Source of the DNA: Amphiscolops sp. MND2022
Lineage: Eukaryota
Direction: 5' to 3'
Assembly: GCA_964187785.1 (NCBI GenBank)
Contig: OZ076418.1
Span: 51,770,001 to 51,834,000 of the forward strand
Length of the DNA stretch: 64,000 bases
Shown here piece after piece: positions 52,384-63,000 of this stretch (positions within the stretch are counted from its first letter, which is position 1; every line of letters starts with the position of its first letter). The notes under the pieces were generated by a model. That model was not told the origin of the DNA. It saw nothing but the letters and a program-made list of their open reading frames with translations, and did not search any database. A program made the position numbers and the translations under genes.

Positions 52384-52927
52384 TGTAAGAGCCACGTTCC
52401 GCGGCGTTCCTTAAGTCGCCCATGGACCGTGAGTCCTTTTTCAATATCTTAGTTCTTAGACCAGGTAAATCATTCCTATTCTCCTGACTACTAGGGGACG
52501 TACTTGCCTCAGTGTCCCTGTTCCCTGAAGACGACATAGAACTCACGATGTTTTGTATTTCTGGAATCACCTTCTCCGCTATAGCAGTGCTAATTGCTCT
52601 GTTTATTTGCCCGTGAACCATAGCCATCATGGAATCCATTTCCTGGGACAACCTAAGATTAAATTCATTTGAGAAAGTTTCAAAGGACTGTCTTATGTCA
52701 TTTTGACCATGAGGCTCATTTTCATGTATGTAATCTCTAAAGTCATTTCTTGAATGGTTATCAATTTCCATGTCACCGTGAACGGAAGATTGGTCTATTA
52801 CGCCTGCTAACTCTCTTTCTAAAGGGTTTTCATTCCCAATCATTACGTCTAAATTATCCATATCGGACAATATGTCCATTTCTCTGGATTTTCTAGCTTT
52901 TGCTTTCTGTCTCCTTGTAGAAGGCAT
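52384..52927 (-). CDS. LTR-encoded Gag N-terminal 181 codons (3' LTR copy, open)
   Basis: MPSTRRQKAKARKSREMD...RGSY is uninterrupted to the LTR end and reads 13 codons into the flank. Confidence 0.6.
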
Positions 52928-53929
52928 AAGAGTTTATTGCAAGAGGTAAGAATTTGAATTAGTTCCTTAGGCTTGCAAACAGAGTTTGAGTATTCCAACA
53001 AACTGATTGTAATAATAACAGGTAACATTCTGTTTGGGACCTAGGGTCCGCAGTATATATAGTTCGAATTTACATGACACGCAATATTATGGGGGTCACA
53101 TTCTAAAAATAGCCTTCACTGTCATCTAAATACAGTAACTGCTATATATATAGTAACATGACATCACATAGTGGTCTAAAATTAGACTTCAAAGCCTGTC
53201 GGCTTGATTTGTTTAAGAGGACACTGAGTCCTTAACATAGCATCATCAATTCAACACTTCATACTTTTACATGTACATCAAATTTCATGTTTTTTAATAA
53301 ACAAAGTGGTGTTTTAGCCAAGCAGGCTAAATACATACTAAATAGCAACATTTCATGGTATATTTCATCATTTCTAAGGCACATAGAAAATACGTCCTTA
53401 GCGTCCAAATAGACGTGGACGGACTGAAATAATGGCTTGTTTGAAGCAACGCATGTCTAGTTGGACCAGCAGTCCTTTTAATCACAACTAAGCACTAAGT
53501 GAATATGCGAACAAAGGCCGAGTACGGCGCTTGTACAAAGCCGCGCCGTACTAGAATGGATTAATTTAATGAACACTGCACTCTGATTGGTCAGTTTAAT
53601 AATTGGACTGGCCGTCCTCGGCGACAGGAGAGAAAACACTTGAACTCGTTTCCTCCTCCTGTACGCCTTGGTGTCCAATTATTAATGCTGTTAATCAACT
53701 TTACATAATGCAATGTATTAAATCAATAATACAGTAACTGAATAAAAGTAACATCGTATTTTAAGGGCATTAATACATGGAAAATAGTTTTGCAAAATGG
53801 TTAGTTTTACACTAAGTTTCAAACTTCTTCGTTATTTTCCTCAATTAAGGGGGACCGTTCCGGGTAGGGCCTTGCTGTAGTCATATGCCACAGAGTACCA
53901 ATTGCCATCGCAGGCGGCCGCCTGCGACA
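52384..53929 (-). repeat. 3' LTR of element B (1546 bp)
   Basis: TGTAAG...GCGACA ends homologous to the other family LTRs. PPT CAGGGGGAG at 53930-53938. Confidence 0.9.
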
Positions 53930-54662
53930 CTCCCCCTGGCATGAGTAAAAATGTGCCTGCTGCCATCCCGTCCAGAAAGGCTCTCTTTCTTCTCTCCGTT
54001 TCCGCAAGAGTTTCGCCAATCACTACAGTTTTGTCGATGTAATCGTTTACTGCTTCCGTTTGGATCTGTAGGACTGACTTGCCGCAAATGACACAGTCGG
54101 AGCAGCCTGCCAAACTGGTATTTCCTGACAAAGCCATGCCGTCAAAGTGATTCGAAACTGATTCTATTGACACATGATCTGAAGAATAAGAGCAAGTCGG
54201 CGTTTGCTGGTCCCGTGAAGGCCCCCTGTCCTCTGGGGGAGGCGACATGGGTGTGTCAACCATTGGACGTAAGTCCCTGCAAATATTGATTGGATGATTG
54301 GATTTGACTCGCATATCTCGTCCCACTGGTCCGTTTCCTGAACCTAGATTGAAGAACTGCTGAGAGAAAGTCGGGAATGGAGGAAGACTAGGTCTGGGCG
54401 TCCCGCATCTGGCTTGAGTACTTGAAGTCCCAACATTGGGAATGGTGATGGGCTCAGTCAACTGCCTTTCTATGCATCTGGCCATAATCTCAACGTCTGT
54501 GAATTCTTCCTCTGACGATAAGTACAGATCGTCCACTGAGTCTCCGCAGACTGAATCCATCCTTTCTTCCTCGTCACTTGAGATGTAAATTATATCTGGT
54601 TCCCCTTCTGATCGGACGATGCCTTGGAAATCCATTGGGAACGTCTCAGAAATGTCAGACAT
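53841..54662 (-). CDS. Accessory ORF3 (273 aa): SIM-like motif, CxxCxxC, C-terminus encoded in U3
   Basis: Intact ORF with DIIYISSDEEE and GCSDCVICGK. The PPT encodes PGG, and the last ~29 codons lie inside the LTR. Confidence 0.8.
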   Translation of the reverse strand: MSDISETFPMDFQGIVRSEGEPDIIYISSDEEERMDSVCGDSVDDLYLSSEEEFTDVEIMARCIERQLTEPITIPNVGTSSTQARCGTPRPSLPPFPTFSQQFFNLGSGNGPVGRDMRVKSNHPINICRDLRPMVDTPMSPPPEDRGPSRDQQTPTCSYSSDHVSIESVSNHFDGMALSGNTSLAGCSDCVICGKSVLQIQTEAVNDYIDKTVVIGETLAETERRKRAFLDGMAAGTFLLMPGGVSQAAACDGNWYSVAYDYSKALPGTVPLN

Positions 54663-55042
54663 ATATCTGTCTTTTATCAGTTTTTTCGCAATTTTGTGAA
54701 GAATTTTGACTTTAGGGGCAACTTCTTTTGAGATTGAAACTTGAATAATGACGGACCCGTCTCGGCAGACTAGCGGGTTTTGCGTTTAGTTTTCCCGGGG
54801 TTTTCATTCCTCGTGACTGCCGAATATCTCACAACAAATTTCCATCTTCACCTCTTTTAACTAGCCGCCAATTCCACTTTGATATAGTTGCCGACGGCCT
54901 CGTTGTTCTTCATCAACTTTGTCAACACTTCCAATTTAGGAGTGATCTCTCAAGTGTTTATTAACACTCATCAACCACTTAAAAATTCTCAAGTGGGTGA
55001 AGATATGGCAGAAAGCCACGCCGTCCGTCAGGTCCTGAGTAG

Positions 55043-55122
55043 CCAATAGGAGAGCAGTAAATTCTTCATCGATTCAGAATGGCTCCCCACAGTCGTAATT
55101 CCATATAAGGAATAATATAAAA
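55043..55122 (+). promoter_or_regulatory. Candidate internal antisense promoter of element B (CCAAT + TATAAAA)
   Basis: CCAAT at 55043 and TATAAAA at 55116. The 34-nt block CCATATAAGG...CTTGAAAA is identical to element A. Confidence 0.45.
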
Positions 55123-55882
55123 TGACCTTGAAAACAAATAAAAATGAAAAATAAAATGAAATAAAATAAGATAAAATCATGAAATAATTTTGTAAAATAC
55201 CAAAGTTTTCGAAATAAATAAAGGAAATGTAGATATCGCTGGCAGACTCTATCCACATAATGCCGTAAAATGTAAATAATTGTAAATTTGACACCAAACT
55301 GTATAGCCACGAACTCCAATCTTGACGTCTTGTCACATTGCCGATTCGCCGTTTCAATTCTTTTACATTCAATTGCAATCATATTACTCTTTCTTCTTCG
55401 TATTTAATCACCAACATATTTATCCACTTTGTATTTAGTCACTTGTTAGTCTTTTAGTTCATCTTCTTTTATTATCACCACATTTATCAGTGAGTTATCT
55501 TCCCCCTCGTCAGTTGGCCGTACACGGACAATAGACAACTACCCCTTGGTGACGGACATCCTTCTGGAATTCAAGCCTCCCCATCTTCATAGCAGTGTCA
55601 GCCCCTTCTGGGTTTATTTGACTTCCAATCAATTGCCCTCCCGGACAACATTCGATTCAAACTCCTTGCATCTTCAGGTTAGCTATCTGGTCTTTTTCTT
55701 TTGAACGGAAATGGGTTTGATCAGGACCTATTCACGTTCGTAATACTTCCTGTCCATTTGTTTTAAAGAACGTTGACTTCATGTCTTGTGTTCCAATCTC
55801 ACTTCTAGAAGATTTGTAAAGCGGTCTCATGGATTCATACTCAGGAAGTTACCCGCTAAAATTTGTATCTTTTCGTTTAGAT

Positions 55883-58800
55883 ATGTCCAACGAAGAGGAT
55901 CTGCCAGAATCCACCATCCCTGTAACAGTCCCCGTTAGTCAGGGGCAAGAACAAGAACCGCCGCAAGTCCAGAATGTGCCCGAGAAGGAAATCAGGCCTG
56001 AGTCCCAGGCGTCCAATTCAACCGATGAGAGTGTCACTGCATTCATTGAGCGAACAGTTTCTCAATTTTCAAACCCCCCAGCAGTCCCTCCTGACCCTGA
56101 AGCAGGAGAAGGCAACCGAGAGTCTATCAAGGCTTCTGAATCTGATCCTTTAGAGAGAGCAGGAGAGACCCGATCAACAACGACCGTTATTGAAGAAACA
56201 CAACAGGACACTCACGAACGAAGGGGATTGTACAGTAGTGACAATAGTGATCAGGGAGACTTGTACGACAGTTCAGGAGTCGATTTACCCACCACCAAAT
56301 TGGGCGGATTTACCTTTGATCCAAACGCGTTCCCAGCTTTTGATGATGAATTGCAGCATTCTTCGGGAAACAGCGATGCTGAACAAGCAGCTTACCGGAC
56401 CAAAGTGTTTTCAAGTGAAAGACATTTGTCTCCAAGCGGTAGAGAAGTGATCCGCAAATATTTCAGTAAGAACGTTCCCGTCGAACTGCCTCCAGGACAC
56501 TCAACAGTTGCTTTCAGTGAAAGCCAAGTGCACGCTGTGTTACGCACCATAGCTGACGAGTCAGTGTTATCATCGTTTCACATGATGAAATCACTGTTGG
56601 TAAAGGTGACTGAAGGGATCCCTTTAAACAAAAAGCCATCTCGGAACATCCCTCGTCGATCAGCCACACCCGGACCAGGACAAGAATCTAGTTCTGGAGG
56701 GGAAAGCGCTTCTGCTGACAGTGATGGATATACTAGCGGAGCTATAGATACTGACGAGGACTTTCGAAATATCGAAACTGGATCTGAAGGCAGTTCTCCC
56801 TTCGTCTCAGCCTCTAAAACTCTCGCCACTGTATTGGGCGAGCCGGGTCCGTCTAGAGTCGCGACCCCAAATTCAGGCAGTAGTTACAGCAGCGCAGATT
56901 ACCGTCCTCTAGCATCTCTCACACAGGCGCAATCCCCTGTTACGTCCAACCCCAGTCCTCCTCGGAAGCGAAGAAAGATGCTCTGCAAACCGGGCAAAGT
57001 CATGAAGGATGCCTACTTTAAAGGCATCCAATGGACAAGAACCTTTGTCTCGGGGCCCCTCGATCCTCTACACAACCGTTACAAATTTTACTGCCAGATA
57101 TGTAAGACAAACATATCAATTTATTCAAAAGGAGCCAGGGAGATCCTCCGCCACTATAAGACTCAGGGACATTTACGTCGAGATCAAAGGTGGAGGTATG
57201 AACACCTCAGCGAAGTTGATGCCACAACCGGTAGAGTGACCCACCAAGTCCGGGATAAAGATGGATATTTGTTAACACCTTTACAGTTGGAAAAGGAGAA
57301 ACCCCTTTTCATGGATGCTCCTCTCGTCGACATTGGAGACAAGTTTCCTTTTTATGATGACTACGTTGCCACTTTAGAAGGGTCCTCCAGTCCAGATGAG
57401 CTCCGAACGACTACACAGATATCCCTGATCGGACTCTTTGTGCCTCATGGCGGAGACTTAGCGCTCCTGCGTACCCTGTGGACCCGATTCGGAACTTTTA
57501 CGAGTCATCAAGGATTCTTCTCTGATTTTGACTGGCGAGCGGACAACCTCACTGTAAGTATTGCCTCCATCTACGTGGCCTGGTGAGATCCCTAATTATT
57601 CGGTTCTAATGCGATTGATTTTATTTTTAGAAAATTTTCCATCACATCTTCTTGCGCTGTACTGAAGACATCGCGTGTCAGATCTCCACGGAGGGCGCCT
57701 ACTCATTGGAGTTCACTAGTCGCAAAGGTTTCTGCTATATGGCCGTACGTTTCTGGCGGGAGGACGTTGTCCAACGTGTGGAACTGTGTAGACACCCCTT
57801 GGCATCAGCGTACCCTGGAAATTTCTTCGGGTCAATTTCTCGGGTCTTATCCTTCATCTCCTCAGGGCCCAACTTGGTAAGCGTGTCCGGATGTCCCGCT
57901 GCTGTGCTGCAAACGCTTGACCAGAGCAAGCTGTTTAAATTCTCCATCCAGTACCCGTTCAGATTTGAGGTCCTGTCATTGCCGCGTCTCATGCATCAGA
58001 AGTATGATGACTTCTTTGGGAAAATTGACATCTTCTCCCAACTCAAGTACCTAACTGTCTTCCTCATCAACGCACTTAGTCAACTATGGATGTTGGACTG
58101 CCCTAACCTTTCAGCGGTTAGATCTTTCTCTCCTTATTTCCTTGATTAAGGTTACCCAGATGTATAGTTGGACATGCGGGCTAAGAGTGGAGTGAGTCCG
58201 ATTTGCATATGATTAATCAAACATTTGTATTCCAGGCCATTACCAGTTGTGATTTGGACTTGCAGAGCATCCCCGCCATTTGTAGTGAGATGATTGCACA
58301 GTGGCCTAACATCCGCGACTTCATAACTCGAGAAGCTCCTTCCCAATCCTGGCAGGGAGTCCGGGGCAGGGTAAGACACTTATTATTTGGTTAATTTCCT
58401 TTTGATACTACGGTTAGATATCAGAATCGTGCCCCTGATTTTGACCCCATAATTGTTTCTCCATTCAGGACCTAAATGTGGTAGTCTTTAGGGTCCAAGT
58501 TGGGTCATTTGCCTGGCGTTTCACTTTCTTTTCCTTTCAGCCGCAAAGTCTTGAGTGGATGATCCTGATGGATGCTTACTTCACTGTGAAATTGGAGATC
58601 TTCGGCCTCATAGTCCGCGATTGTAAGTATGGTTCTTTTGGTCGTTTCTGTTTTCTCTTAGATCCTGCTGTATGTGTGGTGTTTAGACGTGAAGTGCTTC
58701 GAACGCAGTCTGTCCGGGCGGTCCGATGCTTCCTTCTTCACTTTCGGGCAGTTTTGTCGTTTCCTGCGAAAGCTTTGTTCTCGCGCAGTTCTCCCCAAGT

Positions 58801-59846
58801 GTATCCCTGACGACACGAACTGGACGGGCTTACTTTATTTGTGCCCTGACGACCTGAAGTTGCTTTCGTGCCGAGATTTCTTGAACCGGCTGAAACTTGT
58901 TACTGACATAGATGCCTCTTGTAAAGCCAAAGTCCGCCAGTCCCGAATTGACCCCAATATCAGTGCCAGTGAGTTCAGCGCTTTACTCGCCACTGAAAGA
59001 GACAGCTTTGCAACAAGTGCCAGAGGATTCTTCGTCTTTTTACTTGAGACGTTCTTACGTGACGTCCATCTCACCGCCGATATTGTCCATGGTCTAGCTT
59101 GTTTTGATCCACATACACTGGTTTCTCTGTCCATGGATCAAGTGACCTTTTGTTTTGGAGCTTTATTCCAGACCTTCTGCCTGCGTGGATGGATTCAACG
59201 GTCCTTGGAGCCTGATTACCGAGACGAATATCTGGAATTTGTTGATTACTTCAGGGCTAATTTCCCTCAGTTCAAGGACATGCCAGGGCAAATGAAAAAT
59301 GTGGTCAGCTTCCTCGTCGCTCTTCCAGCCATGCGTACTCGCAAGAATTTATTTCACTTGTTCCGACTTAGTTGCCTTTGCCTGACCGAGGGCGGTGCTG
59401 ATCTTCCGGCTATCAAGTTCCATGAAGTAGATTCCTCCAAGCCTAAGTGCCGTTTTGTGGACATGCTCTTACCTGCCCAGTCTTATTTAGCTAGTTGTTC
59501 GCAAGCTATAGCCTATTGCACTTCAGAGAGCTCCCTTGGTAAATTCCGTAGTTTGGATAATCAGTTCAATTCTGGGCAATTTGCTGGCGATCCTTGGACG
59601 CATGTAGATACCTTTGGGCGTTCCTCTTTCCAGAAGAGTCTGATGACAACTTTTAAAGGCCTGAAGCCTACCCCTGTAAAGGCAGTTACCATCCCTTCAC
59701 GTTCCTCTTCCATCTCGTCCACAGTGGGCCGCAATGTTCTTCCCGGATCTGGGGGTGCTCAAGAGCTTACTCTCTTCGGAAATCTTTCTTCCACCGAGGT
59801 TTCAAAGACCGTCGAAGACTTAAAGGAAGGATGCTCTAAAGACTAA
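55883..59846 (+). CDS. Intact spliced antisense accessory gene (1177 aa): BED-like Zn finger and catalytically degenerate hAT-transposase-like protein
   Basis: Exons 55883-57553, 57631-58116, 58236-58370, 58541-58622 and 58687-59846 total 3534 nt (1178 codons including the stop). All introns are GT-AG and phase-compatible, and the gene is collinear with the element A copy. Confidence 0.85.
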
Positions 59847-60010
59847 ATGTACATAATGTACATTTGCCATTTTAGACTTTGTTTTGTATATTTTGATTCT
59901 GTTTGTGTTTATATAGTTAGTCTGTTGAGTCAAAAAGTCAGAATAGTCCCAGTAGAGAATATGCCTTATTAGGCTACAAAATATGTAGGGACATAATTTA
60001 ACATTTCTGA

Positions 60011-63000
60011 CTAGTATCTATATTCATCAGTGTAGTTGGGGGTGGGGTTAGGTCGAAGATTATATTTCCCTCCTCTAGGGCTAGACGTTTCATTCTCATT
60101 TTCCGTATTTTTCCCATTGTCCGATATTCCGGGCACGGAATTATCCTCCCCTCTGTTGGGAGAGTTTCGTACATCATCATAATTTTCATTCGGTAGGTGT
60201 GTAGGGGCATCGGTAAAATTTCGGTTGTCTCGGCTAGTAGCCGTATTCGGCCTTTCAGTTTCGCTGCGTTTTTCATCATTTGCTGCATAGTCGTTGACGT
60301 CATTTTCATCACGCGTTGTAAGTGTATCTCGGCTAGTGGCCGTGCGCGTCCTTATTTCATCTTCGGTGACGTTATTCTCATTTTGCGGCTTGGCAGTCGA
60401 TTCGTCCCGAGTGGACGTCATTTTATGGCCATCGGACGTACTCGTCCTTACTTCGTTTTCAATGACGTCATTTTCGTTCCTTTCTTCGCTGTTGCATTCA
60501 TTGTCGGTGACGTAATAGTCTACATCACCGCTCGTGGCGTCCTGTGGAAGGCGCGTGACCGCGTCCCTCCAATCATTCTTTCGCGGCTCAAACAGCTCGT
60601 ACTCAAAGTCCGCTTCCCATGAAATGGTATATAAGTCGTCTTGCGGTATTACTATTGATTCGTCGGGCTGTAGTTTCTCTTCTTTATATTTGTCTTCTAA
60701 TGGGGCGTTTGGGACAAATTTTTTGAGCCTGATTCGGTGTAGGATTTGCGTTTTGTTCGTATTTAAACGACGCACTATATAATTATTGTTTGGTAGGACT
60801 TTTTGAACAACAAAGGGTCCAGTCCATCTGTAGTCCCTAAAGGGTATTTTTGATCCTTGACTATCCGCTTTTGGTTGAAGAACAAAACAATAGTCCTTTT
60901 CTTGTAGCGGAGCCGCTTTGGCCTGGCGGTCGTAGTATTCCTTGTACTTTAAATACGACTGCATGATATTGTTCTTCGTCTGATCAATGAGGATTTGCGT
61001 CCTCTGTTGTAATTCTTCCGCAAATTCAGTTGTTGGTAGGGAATTTTTATTAGGATTATTTCCCAATTTATGATCAAGGACGTTATAGGGAATTCGTCCG
61101 TGAAAGACCTTGCTGGGCTCACATCCAATACTCGAATGATAAGTAGTGTTGTAGTTGAGCACAGCCAGTGGCAAATATTTATGCCATTGACGGCGATATT
61201 CCCCTGAGGCCATTTTCAAATTAGTCTTCAAAGAGGCGTGAGTCCTCTCAAGTTTGCCAATAGTTTGCGGGTGCTTTGTAGTTGCGCATTTGAGTGTTAT
61301 GCCCAATATTGCAGTAATTTCTGCCAAAATTGTTGAAGTAAATGCGGACCCCTTGTCTGTGATGAGAGTTGTCGGTAAATAAGCGTGTTTCGTCATTATG
61401 TCAATTATCACCTTGGCTACATTTGCGGCTGTTGCCTCAATTAGCGGGTAGGCGAAAAGATATCGTGAGAATACATCTATTGCTGTCATCACTGTCTGGT
61501 ATCCGCCACTAATTGGTAAATTTGGTAACAAATCAATTTGCATGGCATCTTCTGGGCCAAGGTCCCATTCGGGCAAATTTAGCAATTCAGGTGTAATTGC
61601 AGCATTGGGGACTCTCTTGTCCTTGGCACATATTTGACACCCTTCTACCCACTTTTTGACGTGTTTTGCTATTCCTGGGTAGTAATACTTTTGACGAATT
61701 TCCTGTAGCATTTTAGAAATGCCCGGGTGTCGATGTGCTGTGCCATGTATTGCTTGTAATAATTCTTTGAGTAAATGCTTTGGCAATAAGATTTGATGGT
61801 ATTTGACCTGTCCAGTTTCATCATAGTACTGTCGCGTCACTATCTCGTCTTTGAGGACTATTCTGTCTATGTTGTTCAAGTAATACTTGTACCGAATATC
61901 CTGTTGAAGGATTTCTTCAGAGTATTCTTCATTTTGAAGTTTCGCCCTCAGTTGGAGGAGAATCGGGTCTCTGGATTGTTCAAGCAGTATCTGATTTGTT
62001 CTTCTTAATTTCTGTGTGAAGTTAGTGATCTCTTCGACGGTATTTTCTGATATAGCGTCAATTTGGATTACTGCCTCAGGGACTATGAGGCCCCTTTTGG
62101 ATTGTTGTTTCCGTTACCAAATTTGTTGCTCTGTCTCATCGTCTGCTTCAGTAAAAAAGACTTGCTCTTCTTCAGATACTCCCGCTGATTGAACATTGAC
62201 TTCAATTGGTCGGGTCTCGACGTCTGCACGTATTTTCAGGACTAACTTTTCATTAGGGTCCATTTCCATACGGGACAAGTAGTCTGCCGCTGTATTGTTT
62301 TTGCCTGGAATGTGAGCTATAATGAAGTTGAATTGAATGACAAAATCACAAGCATTCCAGAGGGGCGGTGGAATTATCTTTGTCTGGAAGAACCTTGTGA
62401 CCGATTTGTTATCTGTGAGGATAATCACGGGATGAGGTGTTCCCCAGAAGATATGTCCAAATTCCTTAAATGCATAATATATAGCTAGGAATTCCTTTGC
62501 ATATATCGACATTTTGAGCTGAGAAGGCGTGAAAGTCTTAGATCCATATGCAATCGGTGCATAGGACTTTTTAGCAGAAGTGTATTTTTGGTTTGGGTCG
62601 TCTTCGGTCAATATGGCGTAACCGGCTGCTGTAAAACTTGCGTCAGTCATGAGGACCAGTTGTTTGTTCGGCAGAGGTTGTTTCAACGCCAATTGGCTAC
62701 ATCGGTCTAAATCGCGGTTGATCTCATTAAATTGTTCAACTAGCTCTTGCGTTACTAGTACCTTTTCATCTTTTTTGAGCAATTGGAAGAAGGGAACTAA
62801 TTTTTCGGATAGCCTTGGAATATAATTCCTGTAATAATTGAGGAAACCAAGGTAGCGTTGTAAGGCCTTCTTGGATTTTGGGAATTTCGTCTTTTCCAAA
62901 AAGTTAGTGATTCTTTCTTTTTGGGGTTTTACGCCTTCAGGTGTAATGGTTCTCCCAAGAAAGTCAATTTCAGTAGCACCGAAATGGCACTTGTGCATGG

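Noticed and set aside
54860-55382. Small minus-strand ORFs in the conserved intergenic block (e.g. ...KLEVLTKLM...AAS*, ANRQCDK...YLH)
   Set aside because: Frames are interrupted by stops or indels in one of the two elements and most substitutions are non-synonymous. Conservation fits cis-elements better, though a spliced micro-exon is not fully excluded.
53841-59846. env gene as the explanation for the extra ORFs
   Set aside because: Neither ORF3 nor the antisense protein shows a signal peptide with a C-terminal TM anchor, and the large gene is on the opposite strand.
55400-60000. Independent nested hAT transposon insertion into element B
   Set aside because: No TIRs or 8-bp TSD are visible, and the same gene sits at the same position and orientation in the diverged element A with shared flanking blocks.
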